A stretch of DNA of 39,139 nucleotides, from the IMG/VR virus record IMGVR_UViG_3300005918_000018, one strand, 5' to 3'. The number at the start of each line of letters is the position of its first letter. The first letter of the stretch is position 1. Both the position numbers and the translations under genes were made by a program. The notes below the pieces were generated by a model. That model made no database searches, was not told the origin of the DNA, and worked only from the letters and a program-made list of their open reading frames with translations. Below, one piece after another: positions 9,481-17,523 of the stretch. The DNA is from a virus (lineage: Duplodnaviria; Heunggongvirae; Uroviricota; Caudoviricetes).

Positions 9481-10164
9481 CTATGAAACAAACACATCGT
9501 AACCAACCGATGCTGATTGACCGGTAGGTACGGTATATCCAAGTTGAACTGTGAACCCTGCCTTAGTTTTGCTCGTTAGAGCTGCTGCAAAGAAACCTTC
9601 TTCAGACAAGATAACGTGGTAATCGTCTGTAGTCATCAATGAACTAAACGTCACCGTCTCCACCCCAGCATCAGCCGGGAGAAATACTAAAGTCCCAGAA
9701 GTAACACCAGCTTGCTGAGTTTTCACCAAGATCACGTAATTCACCGTCTTAGGGTCAGCAACAGACCCGTAAACAAAATCAGCCACAGCGTTACAACCAA
9801 GAATGGTTTTATCCTCTGTAACCAAGATAGTTCCATCAGACGTGGTGTAAGCCACTCTGTAATCTGTATTATTCAAATCACCTGGCACAAACACAATAGG
9901 CTGCTCAGTCTGGCCTGTAAAAGTTATAATTCCGCTATCAACAGAAGTTTCAGACACCAACTGCTGAACTAAAAGCTTGGCTGCCGAGATATCATCAAGA
10001 ACAGAATCAGGGATACCTGTACTACAATCAGTTGATCCTAATGAAGATCGAATATTCCCGACGGTAATTAGTCCTTGTGCATCTACTGTAATGTCAAAAT
10101 AATACGTGACACCACCAGAAGATGAGTTATATGTAAACAATGATTGTTGCCTGGCTAAAGTCAT
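9481..10164 (-). CDS. Probable virion structural protein with two copies of a small beta domain
   Basis: SGIITFTG...IVF...NTDYRV and SGTLVF...VTF...TDDYHV resemble each other and the C-terminus of the neighbouring 399-aa protein (TVTLP...DTDYVV). Confidence 0.5.
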   Translation of the reverse strand: MTLARQQSLFTYNSSSGGVTYYFDITVDAQGLITVGNIRSSLGSTDCSTGIPDSVLDDISAAKLLVQQLVSETSVDSGIITFTGQTEQPIVFVPGDLNNTDYRVAYTTSDGTILVTEDKTILGCNAVADFVYGSVADPKTVNYVILVKTQQAGVTSGTLVFLPADAGVETVTFSSLMTTDDYHVILSEEGFFAAALTSKTKAGFTVQLGYTVPTGQSASVGYDVFVS

Positions 10165-10167
10165 AGA

Positions 10168-11265
10168 TTACACCTTACTTAACAGTTTCTTAATAACATC
10201 CATAGGGAGCTTATCAATATTATCTACCAACTGTCTCCTGAGATCTTGGTCTGACAGACTGGAATCAGAATACTCAACTGCTTGATAAGCCATAATAATA
10301 GCCTTCAAAGCACCTTCTTTATTGGTTTCATAATTTGTCCAAGATCGTGAGAAAGGATGCCCTGCACGAGTTCGGCCATGACCGTGTTTCTTGAGAATTG
10401 AGGCAATACCTCCAAGCTTCGGCTTCACGATAGTTCCCATATCAGCTTTAGCTTTAATAACCGTCCGTTTTCCAGCCCCTAGCCCTGATTTTGTATGAGT
10501 ATCAACCAGTTCCATCCGTAACTTATCAGAGGATGTATCAAGGATCACGGCTGCATACCGGCTACTAGCATCATATTCCCATTGCCAGTGAGATTCGTTA
10601 TAGGCAATGATTTTTTCACTACCCCGTAACTTAACAGGGATATCAGGACTTGCTGTTTTATTTGCAGATCCTTTTTTACTGATGACGCCCATATCAAAAT
10701 CATATTTCTTAAGAACGTATCCTACTGCCCCAACCCTAATGATCAACTTCGATGGGGTTATTTTATACACTACACCAATAGTGCCTTTAGTTATTGTCCG
10801 GGAACTGAATTCAACAGTTTCGTTAAAAACCACCTGATCTCCTTTTTTAAGTGGTTTTGGAGCTTTCTCTCCCCGTCCTTTTGTATCAGCCATGTATTTT
10901 TTAAACCATTGCCCAACGACTTTTTCAACCCGTTCTTTGGTCAACTTGGTACGTCTATGACTATAACGACCATCCAAAACACGCCACTCATCCATCTCAT
11001 AGAAAGGAATTGCCCAAGCCACATCTTCCTCAAACCAATAGTAACCACCCATCAACCTGCCCTCTTTCAGAGCAGCATGGGATAGATTTTTTCGGGCCAT
11101 ACCAGCAGAAACGGCTAAACCACCGTGGCCGGCAGTCATTGCCCAAGCTAATCCTTTTCCTATTTTTTCCAAGGTTTGTGCTCTACCCCATGGGGTAATT
11201 GGAGCTGAATCACTGCCATCAGGCCATGATTTACTTTCTCCCGGACGTAATCTTTTTGCAGCCAT
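10168..11265 (-). CDS. Multi-domain hypothetical protein with an N-terminal DUF7007-like domain
   Basis: TPWG...TAGHGG...WFEEDVAWAI matches the TPWG/GHGG/WYEED pattern I recall for DUF7007; followed by an SH3-like beta segment and a KTAS motif. Start likely 11265, coupled to the upstream stop. Confidence 0.55.
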   Translation of the reverse strand: MAAKRLRPGESKSWPDGSDSAPITPWGRAQTLEKIGKGLAWAMTAGHGGLAVSAGMARKNLSHAALKEGRLMGGYYWFEEDVAWAIPFYEMDEWRVLDGRYSHRRTKLTKERVEKVVGQWFKKYMADTKGRGEKAPKPLKKGDQVVFNETVEFSSRTITKGTIGVVYKITPSKLIIRVGAVGYVLKKYDFDMGVISKKGSANKTASPDIPVKLRGSEKIIAYNESHWQWEYDASSRYAAVILDTSSDKLRMELVDTHTKSGLGAGKRTVIKAKADMGTIVKPKLGGIASILKKHGHGRTRAGHPFSRSWTNYETNKEGALKAIIMAYQAVEYSDSSLSDQDLRRQLVDNIDKLPMDVIKKLLSKV

Positions 11266-11567
11266 TACCAAACTCCTGTAGTTTCATAGCCTCGTTTTTC
11301 AAACCAAGTATGCAATTTGGATAATTTATCCCGACTCCCTGACCAGAACTCCAGAGAATCGAAACCCTCTTTAATCCCAAGGTCTGGAATAGACTCAACA
11401 TTCTCCATTGCAATTTTTTTATCACGGAGGTCTTTCATTAGATTCGGGAGATACTTTATATCCCCAGCCCCATAGACCTTGAAACGAAATTCAGCAGCAG
11501 CTTGTTTTAGAATCCACCGCCGAGCCATGTCCCGTGTCATAATTATTCTTCGTTCTCTATCATCCAT
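11265..11567 (-). CDS. Hypothetical protein (100 aa)
   Basis: First gene after the intergenic structure at 11585-11648; translationally coupled to the next ORF. Confidence 0.6.
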   Translation of the reverse strand: MDDRERRIIMTRDMARRWILKQAAAEFRFKVYGAGDIKYLPNLMKDLRDKKIAMENVESIPDLGIKEGFDSLEFWSGSRDKLSKLHTWFEKRGYETTGVW

Positions 11568-11584
11568 GTTTCACCATTAATAAA

Positions 11585-11648
11585 TAGGGTAGCCCAAAAA
11601 GCCGTTGAGAACACACTCAACACCCTACCTTATGATGACCATAGGGTA
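11585..11648 (-). promoter_or_regulatory. Intergenic element with three TACCCTA/TAGGGTG boxes and an inner hairpin; terminator- or attenuator-like
   Basis: Minus strand reads TACCCTA(11648-42)...TAGGGTG(11627-21) GTTGAG-tgtgtt-CTCAAC ...TACCCTA(11591-85), followed by TTTATT; the G ending TAGGGTG is also the first G of GTTGAG. Confidence 0.45.
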
Positions 11649-11666
11649 AAAACCGTGGAAGGAGTA

Positions 11667-12269
11667 TTAACGGAGGCAGTGTGTAATATCATCACTCCAT
11701 ACAGGACGCCGAACTTCCCGAAGGATATTGAGGTGGTCTGCTACATATTGGAACAATTCAACATATTTTTTGAATCTTGTATTATCTTGCATTCGATTTA
11801 CAGAACGTAAAAAACGATGACGTACCAAACCTTGACTGACCCCTAATTGCTTGGCCACTTCTGATTGACATGTCGTTTCCCACATCAGGATCATAATCCG
11901 AACATCCAGAGGGTCAGAAAGAAACCCCACTAAATCCTCAGTCATTTGTTCTTTTTCTATGGGGGGAAGATGCATCAGGAAACGAATCCTATCCGCAGCA
12001 CGAGTCAACCGGTAACACACAGTCGGCTGACTAACTCCAAAAATCTCAGCAATATCAGTTTGCCTGAGTTTCCTGAAATAATAAAGGTCAACAAAATCGG
12101 CTTCTCTGGGAGGTATCAAAGCAAGTATCTGCTTGACATCATTAATCTTATCCCAGTCTTCATCTGAGGGCTCCTCAAAGATGCTGTCCATATAAGCCAT
12201 ACCATCTTCAACACAAAATCGGGATTCCATCTCAGCGGGATCAATCGAATAACCTGACCATGGGGACAT
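11667..12269 (-). CDS. Transcription regulator with two tandem sigma70-region-4-like HTH domains
   Basis: IPPREADFVDLYYFRKLRQTDIAEIFGVSQPTVCYRLTRA and DVRIMILMWETTCQSEVAKQLGVSQGLVRHRFLRS both fit the region-4 HTH pattern; no region 2 is recognisable. Start placed at 12269 because the track's extension to 12356 overlaps a promoter. Confidence 0.7.
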   Translation of the reverse strand: MSPWSGYSIDPAEMESRFCVEDGMAYMDSIFEEPSDEDWDKINDVKQILALIPPREADFVDLYYFRKLRQTDIAEIFGVSQPTVCYRLTRAADRIRFLMHLPPIEKEQMTEDLVGFLSDPLDVRIMILMWETTCQSEVAKQLGVSQGLVRHRFLRSVNRMQDNTRFKKYVELFQYVADHLNILREVRRPVWSDDITHCLR

Positions 12270-12323
12270 ACTTTTCTCACTGTCTGTAGAGGAAAAGCTC
12301 AAAAAGAAAAAGGGAGGTACATT

Positions 12324-12353
12324 ATGATACACATAAAAAAACTTAGTTGTCAA
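12324..12353 (-). promoter_or_regulatory. Sigma70-type promoter for the tandem-HTH gene
   Basis: TTGACA (12353-12348), 18 nt spacer, TATCAT (12329-12324). Confidence 0.7.
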
Positions 12354-12356
12354 CAA

Positions 12357-13187
12357 CTACTTACAAGTAATTACTATTTCACCTCTTTGGTTCTTTTCCA
12401 CAACAAAGAACTCTTTATCTCCAACAAAGGTTATTACTTTCTCTTGACTGACATACATTCGACGGCGTTTCCGATCAATAGTTTTCAAACCTATATGCTC
12501 AGCACCCAACCAAACATCAGCAGTAAGTTCCGGAATAAATCTTTCAATAGCCTGATCAAATTGAGCATTCCACATCAAATAGCCGGCTTTTTTGCCCCAT
12601 GGGGTCACAGGGATTTCCAAATGAAGATGATCTTCTCGGATAATCTCCAAAAAAGCTAAAGGTATCCCAGTAATCACACACATTGAACGGAGAGAGAAAA
12701 AGATATAAGCTAGTTCTGTGCCTTTACCTTTAACAACACCCTCTAAACCACGATAAGTCCCTTCAATTACTTGGATTTTATCACCGAGAGATACCTCAGC
12801 TCCTATAATATCTTGGAGCTGACGACGAAGATCTTGAATTTGGGCATCAGGGATGACATTCAGAGTTCTAATACGGTGGGGTCCTGACTGGGTAGAAATT
12901 ACTTGCTCAATATAAGGTTTACTTTCTAACCGGAAATATTTAGTTTCCGGGGTCAACCCAGAGGCTACAAAAACATAACCCTCCAACAGATGAACTGTGG
13001 AGGTTCGATGCCCTTTTTTAATTGTTGTGGCTGGGATAAAAATTGGAAAGTCGGGGTCAGCTTTAAGGTCATATCTCAAAGACGACTCTAAAGAGCCATC
13101 TTCAATCTTAATCTCCCCCAAGGGTGATAATTCCACTGCTACCCATGTTAGTCCGTCTCGTGTGTCCACTAGCACCTTCCAGTTCAC
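12357..13187 (-). CDS. NusG-family transcription elongation/antitermination factor with a C-terminal extension
   Basis: NGN-like N-domain (WVAVEL...IFIP...LLEGYVFV) and KOW motif (LGDKIQVIEGTYRGLEGVV), followed by about 95 extra aa. The exact start is uncertain because the ORF overlaps the dnaX 3' end. Confidence 0.75.
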   Translation of the reverse strand: MNWKVLVDTRDGLTWVAVELSPLGEIKIEDGSLESSLRYDLKADPDFPIFIPATTIKKGHRTSTVHLLEGYVFVASGLTPETKYFRLESKPYIEQVISTQSGPHRIRTLNVIPDAQIQDLRRQLQDIIGAEVSLGDKIQVIEGTYRGLEGVVKGKGTELAYIFFSLRSMCVITGIPLAFLEIIREDHLHLEIPVTPWGKKAGYLMWNAQFDQAIERFIPELTADVWLGAEHIGLKTIDRKRRRMYVSQEKVITFVGDKEFFVVEKNQRGEIVITCK

Positions 13188-14550
13188 GAAGTCTCAGCCC
13201 AAGAAGTCTTTCAAAATCAACAGGACTTAGATAAGCACAAACTTCTTTAGATACTTGTGGAGTATCATCAGACTTGCTTTTTCCAACTGCCCTTGCATCC
13301 ACATAAACACCACCACCATTTAAGGCTGGTGATCTTAATGCTTTTGTTACTTTACCGACAGTTTCCGTTTTCTGCTCAGGTACTACTATATTTTCAGTAG
13401 AACTTGGTGTTACCGGTTGTGCTGGAGCTGGTGTTGGGTCTTGTGTTGGAGTTGGTATATAAACTACCTGCTCCTTCTGTACCGCCCCACCACCGTGATG
13501 AATCTGACCTACATCACAAAGCAACATAGCCTTAGTTGCCCTAATAGGTCTACTGGCAAAACGATGAGCCATCGAAAGCAAATTAATCCCGTGCTGGTCA
13601 CTGATAGCTTTAATTCGATCAGCATCCCAATACTTGGGAGGTTTTATAGCTCCAAGAGAAGCGTGATAAACCATCATAGACACATCAGCTAATTTCTCAT
13701 AACACGTCACAGGGGACGTTCGTTCCAGGATACGTTTTACAGCATCCATAGAAGCAAGGAGATCTTTACCAAGGTTTTCTAAAAGATCCAGATATACTGT
13801 GTTCAAATCCAACCGGAGGTACTCAACTACATTTTCCATGTTGATTTCACCAAGCATAGACACACCTTCGATAGCTTTAATAGCATCTCGGATATGACAC
13901 TCCACACTCTCAGCAATCAAGATCAAAACATCAGGGTCATATTTCAAACCCTCTTGCTGGCAAATGTATTCCAATCTACCTGCTATCTCTTTAGGTGGGA
14001 CTGATTCAATAACAAATGCCGGGGCACAACGAGAAAGAATTGTTGAACGCATTTTTTCAGGTTCCGTTGTGCAAAATATACACACTAATTTCTTGTTTTC
14101 AGTCCCCGGGACATTTTCTTCCATAGGTTTCAACATAGCATCCAAGGCATCTCGACTCAACTGGTGAGCTTCATCGAATAAGTATATCCGCTGTCTGCCA
14201 GAGAATGTTGCATATTGAATTTCTTCAGTGATCTTTTTGATATCGGCTTTACCAGAATTCGTAGCAGCATCAACTTCCACGTACTCCTGACAGGCACCGA
14301 CCTCAATCAATGCCCGACAAGTCGGACATTTATTACAAGAATCACCATTTTCAGAAGGGTTCTCACAAAGAAGGGCTCGAGCCAGAAGCCTACCTAAAGT
14401 AGTTTTCCCTGATCCGAACTGCCCTGCAAAGAGGTAAGACTGTTTAAACCCAGAACCTGTCGAAGCAAATCGACGGGTAATCTTGATAATATTTTTCTGT
14501 CCAAGCACGTCATCAGGTGACAACGGCCTATATTTGGTATCCAGACTCAT
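13108..14550 (-). CDS. dnaX: DNA polymerase III gamma/tau clamp-loader subunit
   Basis: KYRP, Walker A GQFGSGKTT, Zn motif C...CNKCPTC, EVDAATN, Walker B DEAH, SRC motif; Pro/Thr-rich linker near the C-terminus. Confidence 0.93.
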   Translation of the reverse strand: MSLDTKYRPLSPDDVLGQKNIIKITRRFASTGSGFKQSYLFAGQFGSGKTTLGRLLARALLCENPSENGDSCNKCPTCRALIEVGACQEYVEVDAATNSGKADIKKITEEIQYATFSGRQRIYLFDEAHQLSRDALDAMLKPMEENVPGTENKKLVCIFCTTEPEKMRSTILSRCAPAFVIESVPPKEIAGRLEYICQQEGLKYDPDVLILIAESVECHIRDAIKAIEGVSMLGEINMENVVEYLRLDLNTVYLDLLENLGKDLLASMDAVKRILERTSPVTCYEKLADVSMMVYHASLGAIKPPKYWDADRIKAISDQHGINLLSMAHRFASRPIRATKAMLLCDVGQIHHGGGAVQKEQVVYIPTPTQDPTPAPAQPVTPSSTENIVVPEQKTETVGKVTKALRSPALNGGGVYVDARAVGKSKSDDTPQVSKEVCAYLSPVDFERLLGLRLRELEGASGHTRRTNMGSSGIITLGGD

Positions 14551-14577
14551 CTATAACCTCAATGTTCATGAAATAAT

Positions 14578-14612
14578 AGGAGACATCTCCAAGTTAACTC
14601 GGAGATGCTCCT
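14578..14612. terminator. Near-perfect 35-nt palindrome between the peptidase-like gene and dnaX
   Basis: AGGAGACATCTCCAAGTTAACTCGGAGATGCTCCT is self-complementary apart from one bulge and one G-T pair; the flanks are AT-rich but there is no clean U-tract. Confidence 0.5.
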
Positions 14613-14618
14613 TATAGA

Positions 14619-15062
14619 TTAACCGAACATCTCTGTGAGTACATTCGGATCAACTGCATTACCGGAAGTACGCCAGAAACCGTGACGTTCTAACTCCCCT
14701 TGGAAGAAAGCTACATCAGGGATTTTCACGTAACATTTGGCATTACCATCTTTATCTTCTGTCACACCACAAGCACAGAGGTGATGGTCGAGGATAGCGG
14801 ATCTGTCTGCATTACTCATAGCTGTCCAAGCATCGGCAGCCAATGTGATAACGAATTTCCATTTGGTATCACCCAAGACACCCAACAAAGGGGCAGCTTT
14901 AGCTGTTTTACCAACGATATCCACATCTCCAACCTTGGAGGATTTTTCTTTAAAAATCACAGCAATCTCATCCACTATCAGAGCCAGATCAGGGTGATAC
15001 TTTCCTACCAAATCCTTCATTGACTGCATGATACTATCTTCTGCTTTCCAAATTTCGGCCAT
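14619..15062 (-). CDS. Putative phage metallopeptidase-like protein with a degenerate active site
   Basis: Overall pattern (FVITLAADAW...AILDH.LC.CG...RHG.W) resembles the small phage metallopeptidase family, but HExxH is replaced by HHLCA. Confidence 0.6.
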   Translation of the reverse strand: MAEIWKAEDSIMQSMKDLVGKYHPDLALIVDEIAVIFKEKSSKVGDVDIVGKTAKAAPLLGVLGDTKWKFVITLAADAWTAMSNADRSAILDHHLCACGVTEDKDGNAKCYVKIPDVAFFQGELERHGFWRTSGNAVDPNVLTEMFG

Positions 15063-15073
15063 TTTATTTCCTT

Positions 15074-15784
15074 TCAGTTAAAGGGGAATGCTTTTTTGAC
15101 AGCTCCTACGCCACCATGATCCCAGATTACACCAGGGTCTTTTCCGCCACTATATGGCACATCCCTACATTTCAATCCAACGTGCCTCAGTGAATCCAAG
15201 GCACCCCAATGTTTCTTACCTGTTGCCTCATCTATATACCCTAAAACTCCATGTCTCCCGCTTTCATCTCTGTCATAGACCATATGAACACGACCTTTAC
15301 AGAACCTTTGCAAGAATTCAACATGACGACGGGTTAATTTTGCCCGTACAGAAGCTAAAACAGCATCAGTTTCAGGTACAGCCCACTCTAAAGCAGACAT
15401 ATCAAACAAACCTTCACCGACCCATACGTCTCCACCATCCCATATTTTCTGCATTGCTTGGTTAAGACCCAACCAGAAAGGATTCCAAACGGCTTCAGGA
15501 AGCCTGTAGTCGGTGATAAACTTCTTATCTATAGATCTGGCTTCAAAACCAATGATTTTGCCTTTAGGTGACCAAGCAGGGCATACAGCCATACCTTCCA
15601 AGCGTTCTCCGTGGGCACCATACCGATATACAAAAGAACCTTCGTCAACAGGTTCTTCGGTAGGTGTCCAAGATACCATCTGTTCGGATTTAATAGTGGA
15701 TTCTTTTAAACCTCGACCGAGAAGATGGTCTTCTACCTTCTCAGGAAGTTTACATTTTTCAAGAGTATCTGATAACCAACTCAT
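15074..15784 (-). CDS. DnaG-type primase catalytic core (Toprim) lacking the N-terminal Zn-binding domain
   Basis: LLGRGL, GKIIGFEAR, Toprim VWVGEGLFD and MVYDRDESG; no CHC2 finger upstream. Confidence 0.8.
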   Translation of the reverse strand: MSWLSDTLEKCKLPEKVEDHLLGRGLKESTIKSEQMVSWTPTEEPVDEGSFVYRYGAHGERLEGMAVCPAWSPKGKIIGFEARSIDKKFITDYRLPEAVWNPFWLGLNQAMQKIWDGGDVWVGEGLFDMSALEWAVPETDAVLASVRAKLTRRHVEFLQRFCKGRVHMVYDRDESGRHGVLGYIDEATGKKHWGALDSLRHVGLKCRDVPYSGGKDPGVIWDHGGVGAVKKAFPFN

Positions 15785-16464
15785 TTTAATTCTGAAACTT
15801 TCAATTCTGAAACTTTCCCTGACTTAGCAGCTTTCAAACCAGCATCTAAAGACTTTTGAGCTTCTTTTGATAATGGTTTATGTTTAGGCTTAGGTTTCCG
15901 TTGAGATTTAGGTTTTCGTAGGACAGCTATACCACGGCTGGCATTATGTACCAAAGCAGCTACACGTTTCCCGTCAAGGTGACCAATCATCCCGACATAA
16001 TCACGATCATGAGGAATCACGACCAGATAACCGTCAGGGACCCAAGAAGAAGGTCGGACGTGCAGACCTAAATTCTTATGGAGAATCCAATTAGGCCAAT
16101 CCACTTTTGGAGTAGGTGGGATTAAAATCTCAATCTCCGTCAATCCATAATAAGCCAGATAACGGACAGCTTCTTGCAGCCCCTTCTCTGAGTATGGATG
16201 CACACTTCCCCATTTATCTTTCATACCTCGTTTGACAATAGCCTCAAAGAGTTCTGTAAAGATAGCTCCGGGGGTCACTTCTCTGACAGCAGCTCTAACC
16301 ACATTACCTGGATGAGGTTCTTCAACCCACATCACTCCTGTAGAGGATGTTACCAGATAGGGAGCACACAAAGGGTCGACTGGAATGTCTTCCACCAAGA
16401 GAGGTGTTTTTCCTCGGTCGATGGCTTTAGACGTAAATTTTTTAACTGTTAAAAGATTACTCAT
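15781..16464 (-). CDS. Hypothetical protein with a basic C-terminal tail
   Basis: 227 aa, 4-nt overlap with the downstream primase gene. Confidence 0.6.
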   Translation of the reverse strand: MSNLLTVKKFTSKAIDRGKTPLLVEDIPVDPLCAPYLVTSSTGVMWVEEPHPGNVVRAAVREVTPGAIFTELFEAIVKRGMKDKWGSVHPYSEKGLQEAVRYLAYYGLTEIEILIPPTPKVDWPNWILHKNLGLHVRPSSWVPDGYLVVIPHDRDYVGMIGHLDGKRVAALVHNASRGIAVLRKPKSQRKPKPKHKPLSKEAQKSLDAGLKAAKSGKVSELKVSELK

Positions 16465-16885
16465 CAGAGGTCTCCACGGGTAATGGTCCGGGGTCTTCCA
16501 GACCTAGATATTCATCCAGATCCCCAATATCCCCAAGAACCCACATCAAGGCAGCTACATCAGGATACTCATATGCTAATTGTCCTCGACGAGCAGGGTC
16601 TCCTGCTAATTCCTTGAATGCTGTTTTCACATCTTCCTTGGATTGTTTTGGTTTGAACCAAGAACAATTAGAAGTTACTTGTTTACAACCTTCTACGTCA
16701 GAATCACAAACAACTAAATGCTTGCCACGATTCGAATACTGGCACATCCCAAGGGTTTGCTCATGAAAGATGCCTGGTTTATTATGAATACAACCAGAGG
16801 GCTTATAGATAGCTTTAATTCTTTTTTGGAGGTGTCGGTAAAGAACCTGTTTTAATTTATGTCGGGTCTTTCCTTCTGTTTTCAT
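16457..16885 (-). CDS. Hypothetical Cys-containing protein
   Basis: 142 aa, overlaps both neighbours. Confidence 0.6.
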   Translation of the reverse strand: MKTEGKTRHKLKQVLYRHLQKRIKAIYKPSGCIHNKPGIFHEQTLGMCQYSNRGKHLVVCDSDVEGCKQVTSNCSWFKPKQSKEDVKTAFKELAGDPARRGQLAYEYPDVAALMWVLGDIGDLDEYLGLEDPGPLPVETSDE

Positions 16886-17523
16886 GAAACACTCCTAATT
16901 AATTCAAACTTGGCAGCACCATCTTTTTTAACAATACGGTACGCTCGGTCAGCAGCCCCAACTAATTCAGGGTTATGTGACACCAACAGGATATCCATGT
17001 TTAATCTTGAACACAAGGTTGACAAGAATCGAGCCATGTTGGTGATGTAATTATCATCAAAAGCGGGCAGAGATTCATCCAAACCTATAAACGGGAAAAG
17101 CCCACGACGTAGGATGATGATAATCCTGAGCAGGACGGACTGAACAGTTGATACTGAACCTCCGAAAGAATCTCCACTCATACCTTCAACCTCCATCCCA
17201 TCAGGATACCGTTGTGTAGTTATTAAATCCACAGACACTTTCCCACGAGAGGTCTCCACGTTAGCTTTCACTTGCAAATCTTGGTCATCAAAAACGGCCT
17301 GTAGTCCTTCGGTTTGAAGACGTTCAACAGCCTGAACTCCAAGAGTTACTTCCTGATCTATCATTTGACGAAACAGCTCCGCAACCAGACCCAACTCCTC
17401 TTCATCCTTGACCAATTGGTCAATAGTGACCTTCACCGTCCGTAGATGGTTATGAAGGGAGTCCCGTTGACCAATTGCTCGGTCTAATAGGGAACGGAGT
17501 TGGGTCAGATTCGAAAAGTCCAT
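16882..17523 (-). CDS. sbcC: SbcC/Rad50 ABC-ATPase, C-terminal half (short coiled coil, signature, Walker B, H-loop)
   Basis: SFGGS signature-like segment, FIGLDESLPAFD Walker B/D-loop, ILLVSHN H-loop, ADRAYRI; no Walker A. Confidence 0.85.
   Translation of the reverse strand: MDFSNLTQLRSLLDRAIGQRDSLHNHLRTVKVTIDQLVKDEEELGLVAELFRQMIDQEVTLGVQAVERLQTEGLQAVFDDQDLQVKANVETSRGKVSVDLITTQRYPDGMEVEGMSGDSFGGSVSTVQSVLLRIIIILRRGLFPFIGLDESLPAFDDNYITNMARFLSTLCSRLNMDILLVSHNPELVGAADRAYRIVKKDGAAKFELIRSVS

Noticed and set aside
11667-12356. Calling the HTH protein a complete sigma factor, with a start at 12356
   Set aside because: No region 2 is recognisable, and the 29-aa extension runs through a TTGACA/TATCAT promoter and a low-complexity T-rich tract.
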